From Verrucomicrobiota bacterium (GTDB lineage Bacteria > Verrucomicrobiota > Verrucomicrobiia > Limisphaerales > UBA1412): a stretch of DNA of 64,000 bases. How positions within the stretch are numbered: the stretch's first letter is position 1; every line of letters starts with the position of its first letter. Shown here piece after piece: positions 46,467-56,999 of the stretch. A program made the position numbers and the translations under genes. The stretch covers positions 28,185-92,184 of the forward strand of contig JALNXY010000008.1 in assembly GCA_023230105.1 (NCBI GenBank). Reading direction: 5' to 3'. Below the pieces are notes generated by a model, which was given only the letters and a program-made list of their open reading frames with translations, did not search any database and was not told the DNA's origin.

Positions 46467-49400
46467 CTATAGGCCTTCCGGCATCACGCAATAATACTGG
46501 CTTCTAGAGCTCGTCACTTCTACTGTATAAGTACCGTCTGCTGTATTTTCTACAGGAGTCCAATTCTCCATGTCCGAGCTCACGTAAAGCTTTCCGGAAA
46601 AAGTCAGGACTAACACATTTCCCTCATGAGCCCAGGATATTTCAGGTAATACATTGGCTAACGGCTGATTAGGCGAGGGGGCTTTACTGCTCCAGTTTGC
46701 GGGGTCATCAGCATAGCCGTGAATATCTCTTCTGCGAAGGGCTTCCCCCTTTCCATCTGCTTTTCCTGGCCATGGAGATGAGTCCAAATAAGTTATGGTG
46801 TCCACAGTTATTCCCACGGGTTCCGCCTGACCGGCTAAAAGAGCAGGACGAACGAGGCGGAGTGTTTCACCGGAGTTGCTGAGTTTTCCAGTATAGGGTC
46901 CGACAATTGAAACACGCTCATCCCATTGGTTGATGCCGTAATAAGTCATGAAACCTGTTAATGCATTCAGATCAGTTTTGGGATTAAAGCTGACGACCAG
47001 AATTGCGCCGCGCGGTGGAATGATGTGGTCCTCTTGAAATTGGAAAGTAATGCCCTCAGAGAAATACCAGCCTGTACCTGTTTCCGTGTTAAACAAAGGC
47101 ATTGCCTTGGGGCTTATATTTACCAACTTCACATATTCATCACGTGTGTCGGTATCTGTCTCCGTAGGCGGATGGTACATAATTTCCTCAAATACCACCG
47201 AATGAATAAGAGGTCCGGAATTAAGATATCCTAAGGTATTTTGACTTTGTGCGACAAAGTGTTCTTCACCAGTGGACGTCGTCAACCTCCCAAAAGTGAT
47301 GTTTGGTTCCTGTGCTCCAAAAAGAAATCCGTGGATGTAGCCTGTGAGGTCTCCTTTATTATCTGCACTAAAGAGCCAGACTTCTCCTCCCTTCGAATCA
47401 AATCCACTAATACCATCAACGAGGAAATATCCCTGAGGGTCAATGATTGTATTAGGAGGAAGTTGGTGTTTTTTAGGATTCCCATATTCGTTAGTGAGAT
47501 ACCATCCGGAAATATCAGAAGGAGATTCCTCTGAGTTAAAAAGTTCAATGACACCGCCATCCTCGCTATCCCAGCGGGGAAATACTTCGTTTACCTTTAC
47601 CCGAGGAGAATTAGCAGGCTGGGTATCCTCACGCCCCGGAGCTCCATAAATTGCATAAGAACAGCGCCATTGTGAGGGGCTGTTCCAAGTGGTCCAGTCG
47701 GCCTGATCATTCACGCAAATGAGAGAATAGCCTTCTCCATCGGTTGCCGGCTGCCAGGAATCTTTGTATTCAAACTCAAGAATGACTTCGTTGTTAGTAT
47801 CGACCAGGCGAATTATTTCTCCAGAATTACTTAGAGAGCCTTCATAGGGCCCTAGCACATTGGGGATATCGCCATATCTGGCTTTGAATGCAACTGGGTT
47901 CTTAGCCACAATGACTCGACTCTGAGGCATTAGCCTTAGATCTTCAGTGACCGTGTAATAGATTCCATCCGTAAAAGTCGCACCCTTGATATTAAAGATA
48001 GAGTTTTGACTGACATTTTTGAGCTCTAAATATTCCAAGTCTTCGGCAAGAGGGTAATCAGGCAACAGGGGAAGCGGGTTGTACATTATTTCCGTAACGC
48101 GAAGGTGGTTTAGCATCGGAGAGGGATTCCCTTGGTATTCTTCGCTGAAGACAATATTTTCAGCAGAGTCCTGGAGTAAAACAGTTCCGCCTCGCGCTGT
48201 CAGTTCTCCCTTCCAGGGGCCGGTAATGAAAAGATTTGATCCAGATGTGGGGGCCTGAGTGCGAGAACGAAAACCTGATTGAGAGGCTGTCACATAGATG
48301 CTTTTCCCTGACGGAATAACAGTCCCCCCTTGGAAAGTAAAGGTAACCGGGCTTTTTATTTCCCAGCCGGAAATATCCAAGGCATAAGGATTTTCATTGG
48401 TAATACAGATGTATTTATGAGCCGGATTTTTCGAATACGCCATAAAATCCAAGCTGTGGAGCTTAACTCCGGCGTTTGACGGTGTCGCTTCGGGGACTTT
48501 TGTCCCATTAAGCTGAGCTGCAATTGAGGTCATCCAGTTGGCTCGTCCGCTGATATAAGTATCAATGGTTCTTTGGCATTCTTGGCGCATTGTGCGATAA
48601 GGCCCCCATGAAGACCATGCAGAGTTATCCAGAGCAGCATCGGTGTATTGACCCGCCCCGGGATCCATGATTTCAAGGTACCTGTTGATTGAATCTGCCA
48701 CGGGACTTTGTTCCGCCGACATTTGATCATTCTGCAGGTAAGTATCCACCAGGGTCCTTAGACGAGCGAGATACATAATGCGAAAATCCGGATGGTTGAA
48801 AAAGAGATTATAGAGTCGATTAGCACTTTTCGATTGTTGTGAAGAGTTATAAAAATTGAGAACGTTGTTGGTAAAAAGAGTGTCTACAAAATAGCCGCCA
48901 TTGTCTATCCAATTACGCCCCCAACTTAGATCGATATCCCAAGGTAAGATAGACCATTCGCCCGTGTCGTTGCAGTCCTGGTAGAGATAAAAGTTTTTGT
49001 GCCCGTGATCTTGACTGCTGATCAGGGCCAGTGTTGCAAAGTAGCTGACCGTTTGTGGTATATTTATATTGTCATAGGCATAGGTGACCCGGTTGGCAAG
49101 CGTGTTGGATTCATTCAGTGCGTCGATAAAGTTTTGATAGGCTTGGCGGTCTAGCGATTCAGTTGTGCTTGAACGTGTCTTTTTCTCAGCAGAGTAGGCC
49201 GATGATATGTTGTCGTAAACTTTAAGCAAGAGGCCTTCCGGATCCCAGCCTACTCGTTCGAGCCAACCTTCATTTCCATTTTCCAGCATTTCGGCCACGG
49301 AAAAAAAGGCCCCATTTCTTTGAATCCTGATGGGGAAACACCAGTGTCCCAGAGAACCTCCTTTGGCAATATATTCATACGCCAGAGAATTGTGAATTTT

Positions 49401-52400
49401 GGTTTTATCAGCGTAGTTGGACATCAGGTTGACTTTTCCCACTCGAGCCGTATTTGTTCCGTACATGAATCGGTGGTCGTTGTTAAATTCCAACTTATAA
49501 GGTTTTTTAGGGAAGCCCGATGTGGTTTGGCCGCGCCGCCTGATCAAGATATTGTCGTAAAATTCTCCATTGTAAAAAGCAGAGATTCGAGTGTTAGAGC
49601 CACTGTTCATGGCTGAAGTGTTTTGCACAAAGAGGTGCAGCACCGGCAGTAGACTGGAGTCAACGGATGTATCACGTACCATTGTCCCAAAATATTCTTC
49701 AGAATCAAAAGCGTTGTTGTAAAGAGGCCAACGGGACTCCCGTTCCTGGCTATCGGTTGCCGTAACGTACCAACGTATCATTTGCCCCGGCTGTGCTGAG
49801 AAGGGTGGAATTGTTGCCCCGTAGACCCCATCATTAATAGCACCATCTTCATGCTCTCCATCATCAAACATATCTACGGTTTTCGCAGAGCCAAACATGG
49901 TTCTCCATGTGAGTTTGACAGAATTGATATCTGTTTGAGTTTTCAGGATGTTAGCTCTGATTACAATAGGATCTCCTGCCTCCGGCTGGGTTGGAAGAGC
50001 CGGAGCGCTGATGAGATTGCTGATAATCGGGCCCATATCTTTCGCCCCTTGACCATTGGGTTTTCCAGGTGTAGGAGTTAGAAAATAGCGCCACTCACTG
50101 GTGGATTCTCCTATATGTAAAGTTTCCATCTCGACGTAACAGAGAAAATCAGGAGCGTCGACTTCAGAGTTAAGAGCTTGAATTGCCAGTATGTTTGTAG
50201 TCTGGGCATAAAGAAAATCCTTATAAGGGGTTAAGTCGTACTCAATGGCTGTAGCACCCAGTTTAGAAGGCCGTTCAGAGAGTGCTTGAGAATTCCACGC
50301 AAGTGAATCGGACGCATTTTCCCGCAAGATTTCATAGCCGTTCAGCCAAGCGGCAAATCCATCCACATATTTTATTTTGAGGGTGATTCTTTCCATATCA
50401 TTCCCGTTGGGAGACTGGAAAGGGTACCGGATGTAAACAGTGGGATTTACGTTACGTACTTCTTCACGAACATCGGTAGCAATGGAATTATCAAAATAAT
50501 ATGTTGTATCTCCGGTTTCTGGCTGCCCCAGAGCTAATTGATAGAGCTCTCTGGATTCATTTTCCGTCATGGCACGATCCAAATAAAAAACTTCGTCAAT
50601 TTTGCCGCTAAAATAATCACCACCGTTTGGAGCCCCATACCCAATTCGTTGCCTTTGTCCCGGATTAGGAACAAAACTACTCATGGTTCGTGAGGCAATT
50701 TCAACTCCATTGACGTAAAGCCGCGCGGTGGTACCATCAAAAGTGCCCATTATCAGGGACCATTTGTCATATTCAACCAAGCTGCCGGTGACGTATACTT
50801 GTGAAGATGCTGTTTCAGTCAAAACAAAGCACCAGCGTCCCTCTTCATCTATCATTAAGATGTAGCCATTATACGGGCTATAATTGCGGCTTGAAAATAT
50901 AGGAGAACATCCGTTTTTCGCAGTGGGATTAACCCAGGCGCAAATAGTGAATTCGTTCCCATTAATAGCGGGATTATGGGATAATTGTATACGGTTGTTG
51001 AATCCATTGAAAGAGGCAGCCTGATTATCTGATGAAAAGCCGGGAAAAGAATCTGAAGGCCTGGGCCCTTCAACTTGGGTTACTCCGTTCAGCTCAACGG
51101 ACAAGGCGTTTCCAAGGCTGCCTGAATTCTCCGAAAGTGAATCCATTTTCCACCAAATAAGTGGATTAAGTGAGGATACGTAACTATTAACATCTCGTTC
51201 ATTTACCGCAGCGTTGTATAGACTTTGGACATCCGAAGAGCTTAGCGCTTTGGTATAGAATAGCACTTCATCGATATCTCCATCAAATTCCCCACCGCTG
51301 GGATCAAATGTCCGGGCTCCGATGGTGAAGGGATAGTCTGAATATCCATAATTGGATACTCCGGTCCAGGAAAAATTAACTGGTTCTCCATTAACGTATA
51401 TGCAGGCGAATTCACTATCTCCCGTGACTGCAATATGGCACCACTCCCCAACCTCGAAGTTTACTTCTGCATTGATGCTAACACCGCCGGAGGACCAAAA
51501 ATGTAGAGTGCCCCAGCTTACAATCCCAAATTCAATGGCGTCATTTTGTCCAAAAAGTCCAGCTCTGTTAGCCCAAGTGGAATGAGGCCGTATCCATCCT
51601 GCCAACGTGAAAGCGCTTAAATCATTGAGGAGAGGCCCCACGCTAGATGCGTGAGCCTCCAAGGAACCAAATTGTGCGGCTAGATTATCTTCTTCAAATC
51701 CCGGGAATATTTCGCCTCGGACTCCTTCGCTACCAAGCGATACTTCCCCTTCAACGGTAAGGTTAAAACTGGAGCCGGCTGTTCCGCTGTTGGTGAAGTG
51801 ATAACCTTCTGTTTCGTTAAAACGCCAGTATCCCTCTGGGCTTGTGAGTAAGGCTGCTTCCACAGCAGGCGAGCTGGATTGTACTGTGCCTGTTTCATAG
51901 CCGATTCCATTTAATCCGTCTTTAAATTTTGAAGACTGTTCCGGAAAACGTTCTGCAAATTCCGAAGAAGTCCAATGGCTGTCCATTTCTTCTTCGGGCT
52001 GGATGGGAACATAATATTGAAGTGGTGATTTGCTTTTAATTGGAGTATCGCCAGACGTTACAGAGGATTCACCGTAGGAAACGTCAGAATACTGTGGGGG
52101 ATAACTTGGATAGAATTCGCTTCGTTTTATTCCATCAACGCCCGTAAGAGCCAGATATTCGCCTTCGGCTGCGAGCTTGAAATTGGTATGAAGCTCCGTA
52201 GCGGGATTACTTCGATTTTTCCCTGAGGCAAAGACAATGATGCGGGCTCCTGCGCTTATCTGGATGTCCGGGAAAGTCCATTCGAAAAGATTGTTTTCTG
52301 AATCCGAAAGTCCCCATCCTTTGAGAGGGACACTTTCCTGGCCGCTGTTATAAATCTCGATCCAGTCACTGTATTCTCTGTCTTCGTCAATCAGAGTACG

Positions 52401-52523
52401 CGAGTTGGAAGCCATAAACTCAGAGATATAAACCTCCCCGTGGGCATCAAAGCTTCCCAAGCACCCCAACACAAATAAAGTTGCTACAAGGAACGTGCAC
52501 TTTTTATAGAGAAAAATACGCAT
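46467..52523 (-). CDS. Giant secreted lamin-tail-domain / LamG / CotH-kinase protein, ~2020 aa
   Basis: Signal peptide; LTD (VYISEFMASN...SDWIEIYN); two LamG modules; CotH kinase (RRRGQTT..FPKKPYKLEF, DHGHKNFYLY, PWDIDLSWG); further LTDs (LRVTEIMYNP, VKVNEV, VVFEEIMYHP); short C-terminal domain. ATG at 52523 preferred over TTG at 52553. Confidence 0.88.
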   Translation of the reverse strand: MRIFLYKKCTFLVATLFVLGCLGSFDAHGEVYISEFMASNSRTLIDEDREYSDWIEIYNSGQESVPLKGWGLSDSENNLFEWTFPDIQISAGARIIVFASGKNRSNPATELHTNFKLAAEGEYLALTGVDGIKRSEFYPSYPPQYSDVSYGESSVTSGDTPIKSKSPLQYYVPIQPEEEMDSHWTSSEFAERFPEQSSKFKDGLNGIGYETGTVQSSSPAVEAALLTSPEGYWRFNETEGYHFTNSGTAGSSFNLTVEGEVSLGSEGVRGEIFPGFEEDNLAAQFGSLEAHASSVGPLLNDLSAFTLAGWIRPHSTWANRAGLFGQNDAIEFGIVSWGTLHFWSSGGVSINAEVNFEVGEWCHIAVTGDSEFACIYVNGEPVNFSWTGVSNYGYSDYPFTIGARTFDPSGGEFDGDIDEVLFYTKALSSSDVQSLYNAAVNERDVNSYVSSLNPLIWWKMDSLSENSGSLGNALSVELNGVTQVEGPRPSDSFPGFSSDNQAASFNGFNNRIQLSHNPAINGNEFTICAWVNPTAKNGCSPIFSSRNYSPYNGYILMIDEEGRWCFVLTETASSQVYVTGSLVEYDKWSLIMGTFDGTTARLYVNGVEIASRTMSSFVPNPGQRQRIGYGAPNGGDYFSGKIDEVFYLDRAMTENESRELYQLALGQPETGDTTYYFDNSIATDVREEVRNVNPTVYIRYPFQSPNGNDMERITLKIKYVDGFAAWLNGYEILRENASDSLAWNSQALSERPSKLGATAIEYDLTPYKDFLYAQTTNILAIQALNSEVDAPDFLCYVEMETLHIGESTSEWRYFLTPTPGKPNGQGAKDMGPIISNLISAPALPTQPEAGDPIVIRANILKTQTDINSVKLTWRTMFGSAKTVDMFDDGEHEDGAINDGVYGATIPPFSAQPGQMIRWYVTATDSQERESRWPLYNNAFDSEEYFGTMVRDTSVDSSLLPVLHLFVQNTSAMNSGSNTRISAFYNGEFYDNILIRRRGQTTSGFPKKPYKLEFNNDHRFMYGTNTARVGKVNLMSNYADKTKIHNSLAYEYIAKGGSLGHWCFPIRIQRNGAFFSVAEMLENGNEGWLERVGWDPEGLLLKVYDNISSAYSAEKKTRSSTTESLDRQAYQNFIDALNESNTLANRVTYAYDNINIPQTVSYFATLALISSQDHGHKNFYLYQDCNDTGEWSILPWDIDLSWGRNWIDNGGYFVDTLFTNNVLNFYNSSQQSKSANRLYNLFFNHPDFRIMYLARLRTLVDTYLQNDQMSAEQSPVADSINRYLEIMDPGAGQYTDAALDNSAWSSWGPYRTMRQECQRTIDTYISGRANWMTSIAAQLNGTKVPEATPSNAGVKLHSLDFMAYSKNPAHKYICITNENPYALDISGWEIKSPVTFTFQGGTVIPSGKSIYVTASQSGFRSRTQAPTSGSNLFITGPWKGELTARGGTVLLQDSAENIVFSEEYQGNPSPMLNHLRVTEIMYNPLPLLPDYPLAEDLEYLELKNVSQNSIFNIKGATFTDGIYYTVTEDLRLMPQSRVIVAKNPVAFKARYGDIPNVLGPYEGSLSNSGEIIRLVDTNNEVILEFEYKDSWQPATDGEGYSLICVNDQADWTTWNSPSQWRCSYAIYGAPGREDTQPANSPRVKVNEVFPRWDSEDGGVIELFNSEESPSDISGWYLTNEYGNPKKHQLPPNTIIDPQGYFLVDGISGFDSKGGEVWLFSADNKGDLTGYIHGFLFGAQEPNITFGRLTTSTGEEHFVAQSQNTLGYLNSGPLIHSVVFEEIMYHPPTETDTDTRDEYVKLVNISPKAMPLFNTETGTGWYFSEGITFQFQEDHIIPPRGAILVVSFNPKTDLNALTGFMTYYGINQWDERVSIVGPYTGKLSNSGETLRLVRPALLAGQAEPVGITVDTITYLDSSPWPGKADGKGEALRRRDIHGYADDPANWSSKAPSPNQPLANVLPEISWAHEGNVLVLTFSGKLYVSSDMENWTPVENTADGTYTVEVTSSRSQYYCVMPEGL

Positions 52524-52602
52524 CGCAAAGAATTGTAGCACTTTGCATACCAAAACGCAAGATTAGCCAGAGGGCAAAAAAGAAAATAAAAAATCCCAAA
52601 TA

Positions 52603-53853
52603 TTACCGGTCGCACTCGCCCATAACTATATCCAACGAACCGATCACGGCCGGAACATCAGCTAGCATCGCACCTTTGAGCATGAGAGGCATAACGCTGA
52701 TACTGACAAAGGAAGGAGGGCGGATCTTAAGACGGTAGGGCGAGCCTCCACCTTTGCTGTAGATATAGAATCCGAGTTCACCCTTGGGATTTTCAGCGCC
52801 GAAATAAACTTCCCCTGCCGGAGCGTTAATACCTTCGGTAGCGAGCATGAAATGATGGATCAGGTCTTCCATCTGTGTTAAAACGCGTTTTTTAGTCGGA
52901 AGCATGATCTTTGGGTCATCAATATTGATGGGCCCCGAAGGAATCATTTTTACACACTGGCGTAAGATATTTACGCTTTCGCGCATTTCCAGAATTCTCA
53001 GTATATAGCGATCGTAGCAGTCTCCTTTGACGCCCACGGGAACGTCAAAGTTCAGCCGATCATAAACTAAATAGGGATGATCCCGACGCAAATCAAAATC
53101 CATGCCGCTGCCGCGCAGATTCACTCCGGTCAGCCCCCAGGAAATAGCCTGATTTTTTGTTATGACTCCAATTCCTTCTGTTCTATCCAGGAAAATACGG
53201 TTACGGGTTAAGAAGGATTCCAAATCATCAATAGCCTTCAGTACCTCATCACAGAATTTGTTTACTTCTCCTAGCCAACCATCCGGCAAATCCCGGCTCA
53301 GACCTCCAATGCGTGTATAAGATGTGGTAAACCTGGCACCTGAAAGTGATTCACAAAGATTGAATACCTTTTCCCTTTCATTGTAGGCAAGCAGAAAAAC
53401 CGTCAATGCCCCCAAATCCATTCCAAAACATCCGATTCCGACCAAATGTGAAGAGATACGAGCTAATTCGCAGCATATCACGCGGATAAATTGACAGCGT
53501 TCGGGAATCTGGTCCGCAATTCCCAAGAGTTTTTCTACGGCCATCACGTAGGCTACGTTATTGCATAAGGGCGCCAGGTAATCTAATCGGTCCGTATAGG
53601 GAATAAATTGATGCCAGGTTTTGTTTTCAGCAATTTTTTCATCACCCCTGTGCAAATAGCCAATATCAGGCGTAATGCGGTGGAAGATTTCGCCGTCCAC
53701 CTCAGCCTTGAATCTCAGTACCCCATGCATGGAGGGGTGTGAAGGCCCCATGCTGAGCGTCATAACATCCCCGAGGCTCTCATTGATCGCATTGGAGGGC
53801 TGTACGCTTTTGGATCCCATCTCCTCAAATTCAAAATCTTTGATCTCTGCCAT
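52603..53853 (-). CDS. nuoD: NADH-quinone oxidoreductase subunit D
   Basis: MGPSHPSMHGVLR, GYLHRGDEK, DRLDYL, ENPKGELG, DIVMGECDR; no Ni-binding CxxC motifs. Confidence 0.96.
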   Translation of the reverse strand: MAEIKDFEFEEMGSKSVQPSNAINESLGDVMTLSMGPSHPSMHGVLRFKAEVDGEIFHRITPDIGYLHRGDEKIAENKTWHQFIPYTDRLDYLAPLCNNVAYVMAVEKLLGIADQIPERCQFIRVICCELARISSHLVGIGCFGMDLGALTVFLLAYNEREKVFNLCESLSGARFTTSYTRIGGLSRDLPDGWLGEVNKFCDEVLKAIDDLESFLTRNRIFLDRTEGIGVITKNQAISWGLTGVNLRGSGMDFDLRRDHPYLVYDRLNFDVPVGVKGDCYDRYILRILEMRESVNILRQCVKMIPSGPINIDDPKIMLPTKKRVLTQMEDLIHHFMLATEGINAPAGEVYFGAENPKGELGFYIYSKGGGSPYRLKIRPPSFVSISVMPLMLKGAMLADVPAVIGSLDIVMGECDR

Positions 53854-53878
53854 AACGTTAGTTTTCTCTCTGTAAGAA

Positions 53879-54466
53879 TTAAAATTTGTTTTCGGGTGTT
53901 CTAGACCTGGGCTCTCTATCTTCATCATCCAGTAGACCTGGCTGGGTTACAAAAGGACCACCCTCCATTGGGGCCGGTCGAGTAAAAAGAACTCCGCATT
54001 CAGATGCCTTTCCTTCCAGCGGAAAATCCTTTCGAAGGGGGTGAAAGGGATATCCATCCCACATCAGAATTCTGCGAAGGTCTGGATGATTCTCAAACTG
54101 AATTCCCATGAGGTCATAGATTTCCCTCTCTTGCCAGTTGGCGGAAGCCCAAAGATCACTCAGTGAAGATATCTTGCCGTTTCCCTCTGCTATAGAAGTT
54201 TTGAGTCGTAACTGAACGCGGTGGTAATAGCTGTAAAGCTCATAAACCAGTGTAAAGCGTAACGGCTTATCAGGCTCATCAATACTGGTTGCCTCTTTGA
54301 GGAAATCAAAATCAAGCTGATCTTTCAAATACTCAGCCACCTCATGAAGACGATTAGAATCTAAGAGGGTACACGTACATTCACCACGGAATTCCACAGG
54401 TTCCGCAATGATATCCGGAAAATGTGCTTTCAGGCGCAGGGCCAAATCTTTAACGGTTTTTTTCAC
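53879..54466 (-). CDS. nuoC: NADH-quinone oxidoreductase subunit C
   Basis: ANWQEREIYDLMGI.F.NHPDLRRILMW...HPLRKDFP. Confidence 0.95.
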   Translation of the reverse strand: MKKTVKDLALRLKAHFPDIIAEPVEFRGECTCTLLDSNRLHEVAEYLKDQLDFDFLKEATSIDEPDKPLRFTLVYELYSYYHRVQLRLKTSIAEGNGKISSLSDLWASANWQEREIYDLMGIQFENHPDLRRILMWDGYPFHPLRKDFPLEGKASECGVLFTRPAPMEGGPFVTQPGLLDDEDREPRSRTPENKF

Positions 54467-54487
54467 AACTTCTCGTTTTTTAGATTA

Positions 54488-54994
54488 TTAGGCTTTGAAC
54501 TGTTTCCTCAATACAGGTTCTTGCATCACGTCGTGCTGCAGTTTCATGAGTGCATCCAACAACGCTTCGGGCCGAGGTGGGCAACCGGCTAAATAAAGAT
54601 TTACAGGAATAATATGATCTACGCCCTGAAGGACAGAATAGCTGCGAAACATGCCACCGGACGAAGCACAGGCCCCCATGGCGATAACCCACTTTGGTTC
54701 TGCCATTTGATCATAAATCCGCTTGACGACTTGCGCCTGCTTGTATGTTACAGTCCCGGCGACAATCATCACGTCTGATTGCCTGGGGGAAAAACGCATC
54801 ACCTCGGCTCCAAAGCGCGCTATATCATACCGGCTTGCCCCCGTACCCATCAGCTCAATAGCGCAACAGGCTAAACCCATGGGCATAGGCCATATCGAAT
54901 ACTTCCTAAACCAGTTAATTAAGGCTTCCAGCGTGGTGATCACCACGTTGCCTTCAGTTTTGCCATCGTATCCTAAAAACTTTGTAACGTTCAT
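54488..54994 (-). CDS. nuoB: NADH-quinone oxidoreductase subunit B
   Basis: [49 protein letters not shown]. Confidence 0.96.
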   Translation of the reverse strand: MNVTKFLGYDGKTEGNVVITTLEALINWFRKYSIWPMPMGLACCAIELMGTGASRYDIARFGAEVMRFSPRQSDVMIVAGTVTYKQAQVVKRIYDQMAEPKWVIAMGACASSGGMFRSYSVLQGVDHIIPVNLYLAGCPPRPEALLDALMKLQHDVMQEPVLRKQFKA

Positions 54995-55157
54995 TGCTCC
55001 TTCCGCTTCCAGAACCAGTATTCTAAAGGTCCGAGAATTTTCTGGCAAGCACGGTTTCAAAAAAAGAATCTTTCACTGCACTTGCCATACAAATTCCAAT
55101 GGGTTTAAATGAGTATCCTTCTTCTTCACTATGGGTTAGCTGAGTTCAAGTTCGATA

Positions 55158-56228
55158 TTAAGGGATAACCTTGAAGTATTCTCCTTTTTTAAGACTGCAA
55201 GCGAAAGCAGCAAAAAGCCTTGGAATGGCTTCCAAATCTGCCATATGAACCATTTCCACCGGTGAGTGCATGTAGCGATTGGGAATGCTCACTAAGGCAC
55301 TGGGGATTCCTCCTCGAGCTGTAAAAATGGCGTCAGTATCTGTTCCGGTGCTTCGCGAAGAGGCTTCATACTGGACCGGTATTTTTTCGTCTTTGGCAAC
55401 TTGATCCAGCCGCTCAAAAATTAAAGGATGATTACATGTGCCGCGAGTCAGAGTTGGGCCTTTACCCAGCCTGATTTCACCATGGGTTGTTTGTTTTACT
55501 TCAGGATAGTCAGTTGCATGAGTCACATCCACGACCAGGGCAATATCAGGTTTTACAGAGTAAGCGATCTGCATTGCTCCTCTGCTACCAATCTCCTCCA
55601 TCACAGTCGAAGTGGCAATTACCTCAGGATTACACTTCTTTTCGGATTTACTCAGCAGACGTAAAGTTTCTGCGGCAATCCAGGAACCTGCGCGGTTATC
55701 AAATGCTCTTGCGATCATTATTTCGTCTGTCAGTTGTGCGAAAGAGCCTTCCAGGGTAATTGGGTCCCCAATGCGGACTCGACTTTGGGCCTCCTTTTTG
55801 CTGGAAGCTCCGATATCGATAAAGATATCCTGAAGTTTTGGCGGTTTTGCTTCAGCGCTTTTATCTGCCAGATGAGGAGGAAGAGAACCAATTACGCCTG
55901 TGATGGGGCCTTTAGCAGTATGAATGTTAACTCGCTGCGCCTTCAGAATTCCGGGAGATACTCCGCCAATACTACGGAAGTACAAGTACCCCTCAGCTGA
56001 AATGTAATTGACGATCAGGCCAATCTCGTCACCATGCCCGGCAATCATAAGCCGAGGGCTTCCACCTTTGTTGAAAGTAGCTGTTGCATTACCATAAGCA
56101 TCCGTTTCAACTATGTCTGCGAATTGCTTTACATAATCCAACCAAAGCCGCTGTCCCTTAGCCTCAAAGCCGGCGGGGGTGGGAGTGTTAACCAGTGTTT
56201 CTAAAAACTTCAGAGACTCTTTTCTCAT
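55158..56228 (-). CDS. M42 family aminopeptidase (TET/FrvX-like)
   Basis: AGHGDEIG, AFDNRAG, MEEIG, VDVTH, GTDTD, RYMHSP. Confidence 0.92.
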   Translation of the reverse strand: MRKESLKFLETLVNTPTPAGFEAKGQRLWLDYVKQFADIVETDAYGNATATFNKGGSPRLMIAGHGDEIGLIVNYISAEGYLYFRSIGGVSPGILKAQRVNIHTAKGPITGVIGSLPPHLADKSAEAKPPKLQDIFIDIGASSKKEAQSRVRIGDPITLEGSFAQLTDEIMIARAFDNRAGSWIAAETLRLLSKSEKKCNPEVIATSTVMEEIGSRGAMQIAYSVKPDIALVVDVTHATDYPEVKQTTHGEIRLGKGPTLTRGTCNHPLIFERLDQVAKDEKIPVQYEASSRSTGTDTDAIFTARGGIPSALVSIPNRYMHSPVEMVHMADLEAIPRLFAAFACSLKKGEYFKVIP

Positions 56229-56339
56229 TGGCCTGTATCTTAAGGATTTGTTCCGGCTTTGAAAAGAAAAAACATAGTCTCCTTGGAGTAAATATCATTT
56301 TATTATATTTCAAGGATGCTTAATGCGTTTTGGGGAATT

Positions 56340-56361
56340 TGATAACGACTCAATTTTATCA
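56340..56361. promoter_or_regulatory. Inverted repeat TGATAA-N10-TTATCA upstream of the STAS-MEDS-larA cluster
   Basis: Perfect 6-bp half-sites in the divergent intergenic region; regulator unknown. Confidence 0.3.
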
Positions 56362-56438
56362 CAACGTACTCCCTAATTGAAACCTTGACCTATAGTGCAT
56401 CAGCAATTAAAGTGGATGCCGTTGGTATTTTTTGGCTT

Positions 56439-56969
56439 ATGGCAATCATCATACAAGCTTCTTTTAGTGTCGCGCGCTCGGAGTCCTGTGTTGTAATCAA
56501 AATTTCTGGAAGAGCCAATTCTAATTCTTCTCAGAATTTCAAGCGTTTGTTGACAGACGAATGGAAAAAAGGTGTGAGACAGTTTATTCTCGATCTGTCC
56601 GAATGTACCATTATGGATAGCACTTTCCTCGGGATAATGGTGCATTTCGTCGAATCTGCTCAGAGTGCATCGAAGACGGAAAGTGTTTCTGTTGCTTTGT
56701 TTGAGCCCATACCGTGTATTTTAGATTTGATCGAAGATTTAGGCGCTTCATCGCTGTTCAATGTTCTGGACGCACACGACAAATCCAATCTCAAGTTTTC
56801 CGATATTCCGACAGAGTCTGTTGCTGATAAACGCACTCTTTTGCAAAACTCTATTTTGGCCCATCAGACTTTACTGAAATTGATTACCAATCCCGGAAAA
56901 AGAGACTCTATTCAGGGTCTGATAGAGTTGATGGAAACAGAGCTCCAGGAGCTTAAACCCAATTCTTAA
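56439..56969 (+). CDS. STAS-domain anti-sigma-factor antagonist
   Basis: KISGRAN, ILDLSECTIMDSTFLG with the SpoIIAA-type phosphorylatable Ser; start set at MAIIIQ. Confidence 0.85.
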   Translation: MAIIIQASFSVARSESCVVIKISGRANSNSSQNFKRLLTDEWKKGVRQFILDLSECTIMDSTFLGIMVHFVESAQSASKTESVSVALFEPIPCILDLIEDLGASSLFNVLDAHDKSNLKFSDIPTESVADKRTLLQNSILAHQTLLKLITNPGKRDSIQGLIELMETELQELKPNS

Positions 56970-56999
56970 TTACTCACAACATCCTGTTTTTAATTACCA

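Noticed and set aside
52603-54994. nuoBCD as a group 4 [NiFe]-hydrogenase
   Set aside because: The large subunit lacks both Ni-binding CxxC motifs (it has RLDYL and DIVMGECDR), which fits complex I.
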